This document shows, in pieces, positions 44,688 to 61,385 of a DNA stretch of 64,000 bases (positions are counted from its first letter, which is position 1; each line of letters opens with the position of its first letter). Under the pieces are notes generated by a model. That model had not been told where the DNA came from and did no database searches. It was given only the letters and a program-made list of their open reading frames with translations. The DNA is from Chrysomallon squamiferum. Lineage: Eukaryota > Animalia > Mollusca. The stretch lies in assembly GCA_012295275.1 (NCBI GenBank), contig CM022677.1, positions 27,900,001-27,964,000 on the forward strand, in the 5' to 3' direction. The position numbers were made by a program, and so were the translations under genes.

Positions 44688-46082
44688 GAGATCGAAGTCT
44701 TCACTTCCAGTGAGTCTCTCGAATCGAGTCTCTAGAACAGAGTGTATCTACTCAACTAGTAAAACTTGTACTGAAACTCACATATACACTTATACATTTA
44801 CATGTGCACATATATCTTTATATATGCATACACAACATACTTACATATAGACATATACATATATAAACAGTACATTTAAACTGAAATAAAGATTATATAA
44901 ATAGTGTTGTTCTTCTTTGTTTTATGTCTGAAGCAGCAATATATGTATCATCTTAACTACCAGTCTGCACTGCTACCAGATATGTACCTACAAACTAATC
45001 AACACACCTACCTATCTGTCTGTACATATATAGAAACATACACACATATATATATATATATATATATAGATACATACATACGTATATACATCTGTCTTAT
45101 ATACATATATACATACGTATATATTATATACATACATACATGCCTGCAGACATACTAAGATTTCTGGTCAAACTTTCGAGTAACGTCAGCGACATCTGAC
45201 CTTGTTTTGAGGTCGTGACTGGACTTCGTCTTCCTGCGCCATTCACAACATCGTCTACGCGCATGTCTGATAAACCTCGACTCATGCAAACCACATCCGG
45301 GTAACTCAGTGTATGAACGTTCACGTGAACGTGTGATTATGTTCTCTTTTCTTTTCCATTCTTACAAAAAATTCAATATTAGTGAAAATTGGAACAGAGT
45401 AATTGTGTTCATTAACCAGACATCAATCTGACTCTGTTCTCTGACGGATTTTACACTTGCTGAATGTGAAAGGTACTTGTTATAAATTACACGTGTGAAA
45501 CACAGGAGCAGAAACAGAAGCTGCAGTCCTGATAGTGGGCGTGGTCAAGGTATCTGCCGCGGGGTCAGGTTAGGGTAAAGATTAAACAGTTAAACTCGAT
45601 CTGTGGGGCAGAAGTCGAGTTAGACACATCTAAGAATCAAGCTTACCTGTTTAAACATTATCCTAATTAAACTGATGTCTGGTTAATGACCACAATTCCT
45701 CTGTTCGATTATCACCTAATACTGAATTTTTTTTAAGAATGGAAAAGAAAAGAGAATATAATCACACGTTCACGTCAACGTGCATACATTTAGTAACCCG
45801 GATGTGGTTTGCATGAGTCAGAGGTTTATCAGACATGCGCGTAGACGATGTTGTGAATGGCGCTGGAAGACGAAGTCCAGTCACGACCTCAAAAAAAAAG
45901 AAAAAAAAGTCAGACTTCGCTGACGTTACTCAAAAAAATGTTGACCATAAATCTTTAGTATGTCTCCAGGCATGTATCTATGTATATAAAACGGATGTAT
46001 AGTCGTGTTTCTGTGTATGTTTCTTATATATGTATAGACAGATAGGTAGATATATAGGTAGGTAGGTAGATAGATAGCTAGT

Positions 46083-46142
<60 letters not shown>

Positions 46143-46475
46143 CAGACAAGTAGGTATGTTGGTTAGTTTGTAGTTATATATCTGGTAATAGGAATGCAGA
46201 CTGGTAGTTAAGCTAATACATATGTAGCTGCTTCAGATATTAAACAAAGAAGAACAACACTTTTTATATAATCTTTATTTCAGTTTAAATATACTGTTTA
46301 TGTATGTGTGTATTTATATGTAAATATATGTGTATGCATATATAAAGATATACGTGCATTTGTAAAGGTATAAGTGTATATGTGAGTTTCAGTACAAGTT
46401 TTACTAGCTGACTAGATACACTCTGTTCTAGAGACTCGATTCGAGAGACTCACTGGAAGTGAAGACCTAGATCTC

Positions 46476-46634
46476 TCATGCTGGTTCAGATAATTCACAA
46501 CCTCTATCAATTGACGTCCACAATCCTGTCTGCTGACAAGTTATCTCATTGATTGTCCCAGTCCGTGAGAGAGAGATAGACAGTTTTACTTACATTTGAA
46601 GAGAGCTAAAGAAAGAGACATTTAATCGGAGATC

Positions 46635-46716
<82 letters not shown>

Positions 46717-47076
46717 GAGAGAGATAGACAGTTTTACTTACATTGTGCTTGACAGACACTAAGACTTTTCTCTAAGCAATCGATTTCCTTTTGTAGCAGT
46801 ATCATTCTGTAATTTAAATAAAACATATATCTTGAGAAGGTGAATTTGTACATACATGTCTCAGTAAAACTTTATTTAAAAAAAAGTTTCTAAATTAATT
46901 TCACGATTTTTAAATTCAAACTCTGATTGTTGGCTTTTGTAAAATCTACTTGAGATATTAGCTTGAAATTGTTCTAACCTGTACAGACATTTCTTGTCAT
47001 CTTTGTGATATTCCCAAGTTTCTGAGAACTGGCAGAAAACGGATACAGTGAAGACTAATAAGCAAATCAGCTTCAT
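46476..47076 (-). pseudogene. S5: short-form pseudogene
   Basis: Exon 1 at 47076-46979, shortened intron 1, exon 2 at 46806-46742. The 5' half of the sushi exon and its acceptor are replaced by a duplicated intron fragment. Only RTGTINEITCQQTGLWTSIDRGCELSEPA* (46566-46476) remains. Confidence 0.85.
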
Positions 47077-47489
47077 CTTGAAGAAAAGTGTTGTGACTAC
47101 TAAGCAAGCACTTGGGTTATATATACACAAAATAAATTCTTAATTAATATAAAATAAATTATGAACAGTTTGACTTCTGTCAGTCAGTTTGGTTATTAAC
47201 ACGTGTTGTTGTTGTAAAATTAGTTTGAAGACAGCAATCACACAGAAAATAAAAACAGTTTGACTTCCTCACATTTCGTATCTACTGGTATATCAAAACT
47301 GCACGTGTCATTTTAATTAAATGTTGTTAATTCTGTTAGAAAGAGAAATATTAAAATTATTAACAACAACAACTGCTGGTATTAGTGGAGGAATTACAAC
47401 GCTTACTATGAAGATTATTTTTCCTAATGCTGCAACTACTACCACTACTTCAACGAATCATATTTTACTGCTGTTAGCAACACTATATT

Positions 47490-47521
<32 letters not shown>

Positions 47522-47639
47522 TATTTATTTATTTATATTACTTATTAATATCTGTCTCTTTATGAACTTACATACATTGTATACAGGAATACAAATTAAA
47601 CACATACGAGTACAACAGGTTATTAGAAGTAATGAAACT

Positions 47640-48070
47640 GGTAGAAATAGTAGAAGTAATAGTCAGAGTAAGATTGCCAGTTGAGTATTAGTAATAGTAA
47701 TATTGCCAGTTGGGTACAAGTAATAGTAAGAGTAATATTGCCAGTTGAGTAGAAGTAATAGTAAGAGTAATATTACCAGTTGAGTATTAGTAATAGTAAT
47801 ATTACCAGTTGAGTAGAAGTAATAGTAAGAGTAGTATTACCAGTTGAGTATTAGTAATAGTAATATTACCAGTTGGGTACAAGTAATAGTAAGAGTAATA
47901 TTACCAGTTGAGCAGAAGTAATAGTAAGAGTAATATTACCAGTTGGGTACAAGTAATAGTAATAGTAATATTGCCAGTTGGGTACAAGTAATAGTAAGAG
48001 TAATATTGCCAGTTGAGTACAAGTAATAGTAAGAGTAATATTGCCAGTTGAGTGGTAGTAATAGTAATAT
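47640..48070. repeat. ~30-35-bp GTAATAGTAAGAGTAATATTGCCAGTTG repeat
   Basis: Tandem copies. Confidence 0.88.
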
Positions 48071-48772
48071 TAATATAGCGTGTGTGAAATTAGCGTACTT
48101 AGTAGGCTGCGTATTCTTAACTTTACGTCAGGCAGAGAGCAAGAACCAAGCTTTCCAGTCTCTAACTGCCTCAATTAACAGCCTCGACAACAACATTCCT
48201 AGATGTGTCTAACTCGCCTTCTGCCTCAATTGACAGCCTCGTCACCAACATTCCTAGATGTGTCTAACTCGCCTGCTTCCCCAGTTGACAGCCTCGTCAG
48301 CAACATTCCTAGATGTGTCTAACTCGCCTGCTGCCCCACAGATCGAGTTTACCTGTGAAAACATTATCCTAATTAAATTCATGTCTGGTGAATGAACACA
48401 ATTCCTCTCTTCGATAATCACCTAATATTAAATTGTTGGTAAGAATTGAAAAGAAAAGAGAATATATTCAGGCGTTCTCATCAAAGTTCACACATTGCGT
48501 ACCCGGATGTGGTTTACATGAGTCATACGTTTATCAGACATGCGCGTAGACGATGTTGTGAATGGCGTTGGAACACGAAGTCCAGTCACGACCTCTAAAC
48601 AAATGTCAGATGTCGCTGACGTTACTCGAAAGTTTGACGATAAATCTTTAGTACGTCTGCAGTCATGTATGTATGTATATAAGACGGATGTATAGTCGTG
48701 TGTCTGTATGTGTATATATTATATGTGTGTATGTTTCTATGTATGTATAGACAGATAGGTAGATAGATAGAC

Positions 48773-48823
<51 letters not shown>

Positions 48824-48876
48824 TAGATAGACAGACAGACAGATAGATAGACAGATAGACAGACAGACAGACAGAC

Positions 48877-48934
<58 letters not shown>

Positions 48935-49289
48935 GTAGGTAGGTAGGTAGGTAGGTGTGTTGGTTAGTTTGCAGTTACATATCTGGTAGATAGCAATGCA
49001 GATTGGCAGTTAAGCTAATACATATGTTGCTGCTTAAGATATAAAACAAAGAAGAACAATACTTTTTATATAATCTTAATTTCAGTTTAAATATACTCTT
49101 TATATATGTATGTTTTTATATGTGAGTATGTATGTGTATGCATATACAAAGATATATGTGCATATGTAAAGGTGTAAGTGTATATGTGAGTTTCAGTACA
49201 AGTTTTACTAGTTGACTAGATACATTATGTTCTATGCAGACAGAGTCCAATGATTCGAGAGACTCATTGGAAGTGAAGACCTTGATCTC

Positions 49290-49534
49290 TCATGTATCAA
49301 TTAATTCACAGCCTCCATCAATTGATGTCCACAGTCCTGTCTGCTGACAAGTTATCTCATTGATTGTTCCAGTCCGTATATAACCATTATTACAGCTGAA
49401 CGTCGCAGTGCTACCTGGTGTAGATGATGTCAAAGAAAACACACCGTCGTCCACAGCTGTTGGTGTACCACAGTCATCTGTGTTAAACAAATAAACAGAC
49501 AATGTAATCGGATTATCATTAATATTAGGTTTGA

Positions 49535-49588
<54 letters not shown>

Positions 49589-50255
49589 ATCAGAGAGAGA
49601 CAGACAGAGAGACAGTGAGACAGAGAGACAGAGAGAGATATGTTTACTTACATTTTGCTTGACAGACACTAAGACTTTTCTCTAAACAATCGATTTCCTT
49701 TTGTAGCAGTATCATTCTGTAATTTAAATAATGCATACATATTGAGAAGGTGAATTTGTACATACATGTCTCAATAAAACTTTATATAAAAAAAAAGAGA
49801 AGAATGATTTCAGTTTGTGAATTAATATCACGATTTTTAAATTCAAACTCTGATTGTTGGCTTTTGTAAAAAGTACTTGAGATATTAGCTTGAAAGTTTA
49901 GACAATCAAGAACTAATTTGAATCAAAAGGTTAAAAATGTAACATTAATGCAAAATAAAAGTGTATAATACAGTTATCAAAGTAATTTTTACAGTGACTC
50001 TCTCTCAAGCTAAATATATTACACAACAATATCATCTTCAGTTAGAAGAATAAAAAATAGTTAAGATACTAAACATATTTTAGACCAGTCCAGTGTAAGT
50101 ATTATTCTTGAAACAGTATGGTTCGTGCACACAATGATACAAATAAATTGTTCTCACCTGTAGAGACATTTCTTGTCATCTTTGTGATATTCCCAAGTTT
50201 CTGAGAGCTGGAAGAAAACGGACACAGTGAAGACTAATAAGCAAATCAGCTTCAT
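49290..50255 (-). CDS. S6: short-form secreted coil+sushi protein, 116 aa
   Basis: Exons 50255-50158, 49716-49652 and 49477-49290; ends ...FSCNNGYIRTGTINEITCQQTGLWTSIDGGCELIDT*. Confidence 0.9.
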
Positions 50256-50994
50256 CTTGAAGAAAAGTGTTGTGACTACAGAGCAAGCAGTTGACTTATT
50301 TATACACAAAATAAATTCTTAATTAATACAAAATAAATTATGAACAGTTTGACTTCTGTCAGTCAGTTTGGTTATTAACACGTGTCGTTGTTGTACAATT
50401 AGTTTGAAGACATCAATCACACAGAAAATAAAAACAGTTTGACTTCATCTCATTTCGTATCTACTGGTATATCAAAACTGCACGTGTCATTTTGATTAAA
50501 TTTTGTTAATTCTGTTAGAAAGAGAAAAATTAAAATTATTGACAACAACAGCAACAACAACAACAACTGCTTCTATTAAAGCAGAAATTACTACGATTAC
50601 TATGAAGATTATTTTTGCTCATGCTGCAACTACTACCACTACTTCAACTAATCATACTTTACTGCTGTTAGCAACACTATATTTATTTATTTATGTATTT
50701 TTACTTACTAAATATATATCTGTCTATAAACTGACAAAAATACAAATTAAACATATACGACTACTAGTAGTAGTGTTATTAGAAGTAATGAAACTGGTAG
50801 AAATGGTAGAAGTAATAGTAATAGTAATATTGCCAGTTGAGTAGAAGTAATAGTAATAGTAATATTGCCAGTTGAGTAGAAGTAATAGTAATAGTAATAT
50901 TGCGTGTGTGAAATTAGCGTACTTGCTAGGCTGCGTATTCTCAACTTTACATCAGGCAGACAGCAAGAACCAAGCTTTCCAGTCTCTAACTGCC

Positions 50995-52150
50995 TCAATT
51001 GACAGCCTCGTCAGCACCATTCCTAGATGTGTCTAACTCGCCTTCTGCCCCAGTTGACAGCCTCGTCACCAACATTCCTAGATGTGTCTAACTCGCCTGG
51101 TGTCCCAATTAACAGCCTCTTCAGCAACATTCCTACATGTGTCTAACTCGCCTGGTGTCCCAATTAACAGCCTCTTCAGCAACATTCCTAGATGTGTCTA
51201 ACTCGCCTTCTGCCCCAATTAACAGCCTCTTCAGCAACATTCCTAGATGTGTCTAACTCGCCTGGTGTCCCAATTAACAGCCTCGTCAGCAACATTCCTA
51301 GATGTGTCTAACTCGCCTGGTGTCCCAATTAACAGCCTCGTCAGCAACATTCCTAGATGTGTCTAACTCGCCTGGTGTCCCAATTAACAGCCTCGTCAGC
51401 AACATTCCTAGATGTGTCTAACTCGCCTGGTGTCCCAATTAACAGCCTCTTCAGCAACATTCCTAGATGTGTCTAACTCGCCTGGTGTCCCAATTAACAG
51501 CCTCGTCAGCAACATTCCTAGATGTGTCTAACTCGCCTGCTTCCACAATTAACAGCATCTTCAGCAACATTCTTAGATGTGTCTAACTCGCCTGCTTCCA
51601 CAATCAACAGCCTCGTCAGCAACATTCCTAGATGTGTCTAACTCGCCTGCTGCCACAATTAACAGCCTCGTCAGCAACATTCCTAGATGTGTCTAACTCG
51701 CCTGCTGCCACAATTAACAGCCTCGTCAGCAACATTCCTAGATGTGTCTAACTCGCCTGCTGCCACAATTAACAGCCTCGTCACCAACATTCCTAGATGT
51801 GTCTAACTCGCCTGCTACCACAATTAACAGCCTCTTCAGCAACATTCCTAGATATGTCTAACTCGCCTGCTTCCACAATTAACAGCCTCTTCAGCAACAT
51901 TCCTAGATGTGTCTAACTCGCCTGCTGCCCGAGTTGACAGCCTCGTCACCAACATTCGTAGATGTGTCTAACTCGCCTGCTTCCACAATTAACAGCCTCG
52001 ACAGCAACATTCCTAGATGTGTCTAACTCGCCTGCTTCCACAATTAACAGCCTCTTCAGCAACATTCCTAGATGTGTCTAACTCGCCTTCTGCCCCAATT
52101 AACAGCCTCGTCAGCAACATTCCTAGATGTGTCTAACTCGCCTTCTTCCC
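50995..52150. repeat. 55-bp minisatellite (~21 copies)
   Basis: Unit AATTAACAGCCTCGTCAGCAACATTCCTAGATGTGTCTAACTCGCCTGGTGTCCC. Two to three copies at equivalent sites ~18785, ~48175 and ~55175. Confidence 0.95.
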
Positions 52151-52922
52151 CACAGATTGAGTTTACCTGTTTGAACATTATCCTAATTAAATTGATGTCT
52201 AGTCAATGATTTCAATTTCTCTGTTCGATTATCACCTAATACTGAATTTTTTGTAAGAATTGAAAAGAAAAGAGAACATAATCACACGTTCACGTGAACG
52301 TTCTTACACTTAGTAACCCGGATGTGGTATGCATGAGTCATACTTTATCAGACATGCGCGTAGACGATGTTGTGAATAGCGCAGGAAGACGAAGTCCAGT
52401 CACGAACTCAAAAAAAAAAGTCAGACGTCGCTGACGTTACTCGAAAGTTTGACCATAAATCTTTAGTATGTCTGCAGGCATGTATGTATGTATATAAGAC
52501 AGATGTATATATATATCTGTATATGTATGTATCTATATATATATATTATATGTGTGTATGTTTCTATATGTGTATGGACAGATAGGTAGTTTGTGTTGGT
52601 TAGTTTGTAGTTACATATCTGGTAGATAGCAATGCAGACTGGCAGTTAAGCTAATACATATATTGCTGCTTCAGATATAAAACAAAGAAGAACAAAACTT
52701 TTGATATAATCTTTATTTCAGTTCAAATATACTCTTTATATATGTATGTTTTTATATGTACGTATGTATGTGTATGCATATATAAAGATATATGTGCATA
52801 TGTAAAGGTATGAGTGTATATGTGAGTTTCAGTACAAGTTTTAGTAGGTAACTGGATCCAGTCTCTTCTATGCAGACAGAGTCCAATGATTCGAGAGACT
52901 CACTGGAAGTGAAGACCTAGAT

Positions 52923-54007
<1,085 letters not shown>

Positions 54008-54479
54008 CTTGAAGAAAAGTATTGTGACTACAGAGCAAGCAGTTCACTTATTTATACACAAAATAAATTCTTAATTAATATAAAATAAATTATGAACAGT
54101 TTGAGTTCTGTCAGTCAGTTTGGTTATTAACACGTGTTGTTGTTGTGAAATTAGTTTGAAGACAGCAATCATGCAGAAAATAAATTAAAAACGGTTTGAC
54201 TTCTGCTGATTGCGTTTCTGCTGTTATAATCGAAACTACACGGACCGTTCTGAATAATCTTCTTAAAAACAGTTTGACTTCTATCATTTGGTATCTACTA
54301 TTATACCAAGAATACATGTGTCATTTTGATTAACTGTTCTTAATTCAGCTAGAATAACAGAAAGATTAACTTGTACTACTACTACACTACCACTACAGCA
54401 ACAAGAAACTGCTATGCTCCTTGTACTAGTAATACGGGTGCAATTATTATGTTTTTTACACCAACGTTGCTTCTACTGT

Positions 54480-54740
54480 TGAGCAAATCACCTTTATCTT
54501 GAAGAAAAGTATTGAGACTATAGATCAAGCAGTTCACTTATTTATACAAACAAATATTTTTAATTAATTTAAAATAAATTATGAACAGTTTGAGTTCTGT
54601 CAGTTAGTTTGGTTATTAACACGTGTCGTTGTTGTAAAATTAGTTTGAAGACAGCAATCACACAGAAAATAAATTAAAAACAGTTTGACTTCCTCTCATT
54701 TCGTATCTAATGGTATATCAAAACTACACGTGTCATTTTG
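54480..54740 (-). pseudogene. Duplicated family promoter with dead exon-1 stub (ATG to ATA)
   Basis: The minus strand reads CAAGATAAAGGTGATTTGCTC, then similarity stops. The upstream promoter block is intact. Confidence 0.65.
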
Positions 54741-56018
54741 ATTAAATTTTGTTAATTCTGTTAGAAAGAGAAAAATTAAAATCACTAACAACCACAGCAA
54801 CAACAACAACAACTGCTGCTAATAGTGGAGGAATTACAACGTTTAGTATGAAGATTATTTTTGCTAATGCTGCAACTACTACTACTACTTCAACTAATCA
54901 TATTTTACTGTTGTTAGTAACATTATATTTATTTATTTATTTATTTATTTTTTTATTTTTTTATTTATATTACTTATTAATATCTGTCTGTCTATGAACT
55001 TACATACATTGTATACAAAAATACAAATTAAACACATACAAGTACTAGGGGTCATTAGAAGTAATGAGACTGGTAGAAATAGTAGAAGTAATAGTAAGAG
55101 TAATATTGCCAGTTGAGTAGAAATAATAGTAATAGTAATATTGCCAGTTCTGTAAAAGTAATAGTAAGAGTAAGAGCCTCGTCAGCAACATTGCTAGGTG
55201 TGTCTAACTCGCCTGCTGCCACAATTAACAGCCTCGACAGCAACATTGCTAGGTGTGTCTAACTCGCCTGCTGCCACAATTAACAGCCACGACAGCAACA
55301 TTCCTAGATGTGTCTAACTCGCCTTCTGCCCCACAGATCGAGTTTACCTGTTTAAACTTTACACTAACCTGACCCCGCGGCAGATACCTTGACCACACCC
55401 AGATGTTGTAAATGGCGCAGGAAGACGAAGTCCAGTCACACCCTAAAAAAAAGTCAGACGTCGCTGACGTTACTCGAACGTTTGACCATACATTTTTAGT
55501 ACGTCTGCAGGCATGTATATATGTATAAAATATATATGTATGTATGCATCTATATATATATTATATGTGTGTATGTTTCTACATAAGTATAGACAGATAG
55601 GTACGTATGTTGCTCAGTTTGTACTAATATATCTAGTAGTAGCAATGCAGATTGGTAATTAAGCTAATACGTATGTAGCTGCTTCAGATATAAAACAAAG
55701 AAGAACAACACTTTTTATATAATCTTTATTTCAGTTTCAATGTACTATTTATATATGTATGTTTTTATATGTACGTATATATGTGTATGAATATATAAAG
55801 GTATATGTGCATATGTGTGCAATAGTAACAATATATTTGTTCCTATGTTTAAATATATATATATACGTGTCAATGTTTATTTATAATTATGTTCGTGTCT
55901 GATTGAAAAGTATATGTTTACTGATATCGTGTTTTACTAGCTGACTAGATACATTGTGTTCTGTGCAGACGTAGTCCAATGATTCGAGACACTCATTGGA
56001 AGTGAAGACCACGATCTC

Positions 56019-56261
56019 TCATACCGGAGGTAGTGCACAACCTCCATCAATTGACGTCCACAGTCCTGTCTGCTGACAAGTTATCTCGTTCATTGTCCCA
56101 GTCCGTTCATAATTATTATCACAGCTGAACGTCGCAGTGCTACCTGGTGTAGATGATGTGAAAGAAAACACACCGTTGTCCACAGCTGTTGGTGTACCAC
56201 AGTCATCTGTGTTATACAAATAAACAGAACATTTAATCGTTTTAACAGCAATGCTAGGTTT

Positions 56262-56333
<72 letters not shown>

Positions 56334-56338
56334 CAGAC

Positions 56339-56373
<35 letters not shown>

Positions 56374-56656
56374 TAGACAGACACCGTGAGAGAGAGAGAG
56401 AGAGAGATAGACAGACAGACAGAGAGACAGAGTGAGAGACAGATAGACAGACACAGTGAGAGAGAGAGAGAGACAGATAGACAGACACAGTGAGAGAGAG
56501 AGAGAGACAGAGAGAGAAATAGACAGACAGACAGAGAGACAGAGAGAGAGACAGACAGACACAGTGAGAGAGAGAGAGACACAGAGAGAGACAGAGAGAC
56601 AGAGAGAGAGACAGAGAGAGACAGAGAGAGACAGACAGAGAGAGACAGACAGACAC

Positions 56657-56687
<31 letters not shown>

Positions 56688-56890
56688 GAAATAGACAGAC
56701 AGACAGAGAGACAGAGAGAGAGACAGACAGACACAGTGAGAGAGAGAGAGAGAGAGACAGAGAGAGACAGACAGACAGAGAGACAGAGAGAGAGACAGAC
56801 AGACACAGTGAGAGAGAGAGAGAGAGACACAGAGAGAGACAGAGAGACAGAGAGAGAGACTGAGAGAGACAGAGAGACACAGATATATAC

Positions 56891-56937
<47 letters not shown>

Positions 56938-57644
56938 GAGAGAGATAGAGACAGAGAGAGAGAGAGAGAGATGTTTACTTACATTGTGCTTGACAGACGC
57001 TAAGACTTTTCTCTAAACAATCGATTTCCTTTTGTAGCAGTATCATTCTGTAATTTAAATAATGCATTAATACTCAGAAGGTACATTTTATTTCATGAAA
57101 GTACTGAATTTGTACATACATGTCTTAATAAAAACATTTATAAAACTTTATTTTAAAAAAAAAAGAAGAGAAAAAGGTTTTCAGTTTCGGAATTAATTTC
57201 ACGATTTTTAAATTCAAACTTTGATTGTTGGCTTTTCTAAAAACCACTAGAGATGTTAGCTTGAAATTATAGGAAATCACGAATAATTTAAATCAAAAGG
57301 TTTAAATATAAAATTAATGCAAAATAAAAGTGTATAATAGAGTTATCAAAGTAATTTTTACAGTGACTCTCTCTCAAGCTAAACATATTAGACAACAACA
57401 ACATTATTCAATAGAAAATGGAAACTTTATTTAGAAAAATAAAAAATAGTTAAGATACTACACATATTTTAGAGCAGTCGAGTGTAAGTATTATTCTTGA
57501 AACAGAGTGGTTCGTGCACATAATGATACAAATGAATTGTTCTCACCTGTACAGACATTTCTTGTCATCTTTGTGATATTCCCAAGTTTCTGAGAGCTGG
57601 AACAAAACGAATACAGTGAAGACTAAAAAGCAAATCAGCTTCAT
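56019..57644 (-). CDS. S8: short-form secreted coil+sushi protein, 116 aa
   Basis: Exons 57644-57547, 57047-56983 and 56206-56019; ends ...FSCDNNYERTGTMNEITCQQTGLWTSIDGGCALPPV*. Confidence 0.9.
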
Positions 57645-58984
57645 CTTGACGAAAAGTGTTGTGTCTATAGAACAAGCACTTGGCTTATTTATACAGAAAT
57701 CTGTTCTTGGTTAATATAAAATAAATTATGAACAGTTTGACTTCTGTCAGTCAGTTTGGTTATTAACACTTGTTGTTGTTGTAAAATTAGTTTGAAGACA
57801 GAAATCACACAGAAAATAAAAACAGTTTGACTTCCTCTCATTCCGTATCTACTGGTATATCAAAACTTCTACGTCATTAAAACTGTTGATTTGTGTATAA
57901 GAAATTATTATGGGATATTTTAGTGATGAAGTCTGCAGATTGATTTACTGGTAGATTGCTGGACACGAGTTGAACTCAGCAATGTTTAAATTAAACACAG
58001 TTTGATCTGTGGTCATTTGCTACTCACAATTATATCCACACAACACTTGTCTGTAATTATCTGCAGTCAAGGCTGAAACAGTAGCAAAATGAACAACAAC
58101 AGTGAACATTGTAAATAAGTTTCTAGTACTGCTACTACAACTACTACAACTACAATCGTTATTACTACTATTTCTACGTTTACCAAAGCTTCTAGTACTA
58201 CAACTGTCACAACGTGACTATTCTTATTTTTATTCAGACTGCTACTATCATCACAACAACTACTCTGGATTTCTCAAAGTAGCTGCTGTTCTTGTTGTTC
58301 TATCTAACAGCAGTTAATGAAATGACACGTGCAGTTTTGATATATCTGTAGATAAAGAATGATGGAAGTCAAACTGTTTTTAATTAGTTTTCTGTGTGAT
58401 TGCTGTCTTCAAACTAATTTTACAACAACTACACATGTTCATATCCAAATTATGTGTCAGAAATCAAATAATTTTTAATTTACATTAATTAAAAATTTAT
58501 TTTCTGTACAAATAACCTAATTTTAATCAAGATGAAGCTAATTTTCATTTCATCATTGCTGTAACCGTTTCCATTCAAACGTGAGATACACACACACAAA
58601 GTTCCAAACATACACACACACAGTTCCAAACATACACACACACACAGTTCCAAACATAAACACACAACGGCAAGATCAGGTATTTTAACTTCAGCCATCA
58701 ATGAGTGCAGATTGACTTACAGGTAGATCGAGAACAGTTCAACTGAGCAGTGTGCAAAGTAAAAACAGTTTGAGTTCTGTTAATTTGATATTCTCAACAA
58801 AATATACACTGTACGTGTCTATAGTTATCTGCAGTCAAGCTTGAAACAAAATCAAAATCAACAGCAAGAACAACAGTTAATTTAGTAAAGTGTTTTCTAG
58901 TACTACTATTACTACAGTTACTACCACAACAACTATTACTACAGTTACTACCACTACAACCATTAGTACTGTTCCTACCACTAC

Positions 58985-59720
58985 TACTTCTACTTCTAAT
59001 GATGCTTCTAGTACTAGTATTGTGACAACTAAACTACTGTTATTTTTATTCAGACTGCTACTACTACTATTTCTACTTCTAATGATGTTTCTAGTACTAG
59101 TATTGTGACAACTAAACTGCTGTTATTTTTATTCAGACTGCTACTACTACTACTTCTATTGATGTTTCTAGTACTAGTACTGTGACAACTAAACTACTGT
59201 TATTTTTATTCAGACTGCTACTACTACTACTTCTATTGATGTTTCTAGTACTAGTACTGTGACAACTAAACTACTGTTATTTTTATTCAGACTGCTACTA
59301 CTACTACTTCTACTTCTAATGATGTTTCTAGTACTAGTACTGTAACAACTAAACTGCTGTTATTTTTATTCAGACTGCTACTACTACTACTACTACTTCT
59401 AATGATGCTTCTAGTACTAGTACTGTCACAACTAAACTGCTGTTATTTTTATTCAGACTGCTACTACTACTACTACTACTTCTAATGATGCTTCTAGTAC
59501 TAGTACTGTCACAACTAAACTGCTGTTATTTTTATTCAGACTGCTACTACTACTACTTCTACTTCTAATGATGTTTCTAGTACTAGTACTGTGACAACTA
59601 AACTGCTGTTATTTTTATTCAGACTGCTACTACTACTACTTCTACTTCTAATGATGTTTCTAGTACTAGTACTGTGACAACTAAACTACTGTTATTTTTA
59701 TTCAGACTGCTACTACTACT
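58985..59720. repeat. ~75-80-bp tandem repeat (~9 copies)
   Basis: Unit TCTAATGATGTTTCTAGTACTAGTACTGTGACAACTAAACTGCTGTTATTTTTATTCAGACTGCTACTACTACTACT. Single copy at the equivalent site ~24620-24700. Confidence 0.9.
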
Positions 59721-61227
59721 TCTGCGTCTACCACTTTTTCTAATAACTGTACGACAACAACTACTCACACTATCACTAGTAACATCTGTATTTACAAACA
59801 GCCTCATACCTCGCACAAAGTGAATTCAGAAACCGTTAAGAAAGAATCAGGTTAATTTCACAACAAAAACAACACTAGCTTCACTTACAGATACGTGACA
59901 TTCAGTGATGTAATTCCACAGACGTGCAAGTTACCTCAGTCGAAAACAATTTGTAGATTTTTTGTTTTAAATATGTTTCTAGAAGATATTTCTCAAATGA
60001 TAATCAAATGCTTTATACTGAATTACAAGAATACATCAATGCTAAACTTTTAAATGCATACATTGGTAAATTTCAGTGTAAAAATCTTTCAACATCGTTA
60101 TTGCCAATACATCTTTCTGGGAAAATAAAAATAAATTATAATTTCTACTTCATTAAACTATTCAACTAGTGAATAAGAAATTATTATCAGATATTTGAAT
60201 GACGAACACATTTAACTGCTCGCTTCAAGACCCTCGTTGATTTAGAGGTCAAAGACTGAGACACGAGCTCAAGTCCACAATTTTCAAATTAAAAACAGCT
60301 TGAGTTGTGTTAATTTCATATTTACTGTTATACCCACACAACACGTGTATAATTATGTGTACTCAAGGCTGAAAGAAAAGCGAAAACAACAGCAGTTAAT
60401 ATTTTAATTTTATTATTCTAATACGAAACTACAATTGTTGCTGTTTCTACTACTTCTACCAGTACCATTATGCTATTAATCATGTTCTAACATTACCAGT
60501 AGAAAAATATATATTATATTTATCTTTAGTAGATGAACTGGTCCTAGTAGCAGTTGTTGTAGTTGCAAAGGCAACATTAGTAAAACTAAGTCGTATAAGA
60601 AAACGAATTCCACCAGTAGCAGTAGTGCTGGAAGTAGTTTTAGTTGCTGTATTTGTTCTCATATACTAATAGTTGTATAATTAACTATGATATAGTTGTG
60701 CTAATTGTTAATAGTCATACTGATAACTGTGGTATAATAGTAATTCCACCAGTAGCAGCATTAGTAATAGTTGCTTGTTTTGTGGTTGCTGTAACAGTGG
60801 TATTCATAGCTGTTGTTGTTGTAGTAGTGACAGTACACTACATTAGTCGTAGTAGTTGTTGATTTGTTATTATATCTGAATTAACAACAGTTAATTAAAA
60901 TCACAGGTATATTCTTGGTATACCAGTAGATGGAGGTCAAACTGTTTCTAATTTATTTTCTGTGTGATTGCTGTCTTCAAACTAATTTTACAACAATGAC
61001 ACATGTTAATAACCTCCTGAGTGGAAACTGATTTGAAGGTGATCTTCAGGTGCACAAGTTGAACTCAGCACTCTTCAAATTAAAATCAGTTTGCGTTCTG
61101 TTACTTCTTATTTACAGTTATATCTTGACAACCTGTGTCTATAGCTATCTGCTGTGTGTACGGTTACCTGGAGCCAGAGGAAACACAAAGCTGCCATTAT
61201 TGCTCGTTCTGCCACTTTTACTAGTAC

Positions 61228-61385
61228 TGTTACTCCTGTTACTCGTGTTACTCCTGTTACTCCTGTTACTCCTGTTACTTGTGTTACTCCTGTTACTGCT
61301 GTTACTCGTGTTACTCCTGTTACTCCTGTTACTCCTGTTACTCCTGTTACTGCTGTTACTCGTGTTACTCCTGTTACTCCTGTTC
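61228..61385. repeat. 9-bp tandem repeat (TGTTACTCC)n
   Basis: Clear 9-bp period. Confidence 0.92.
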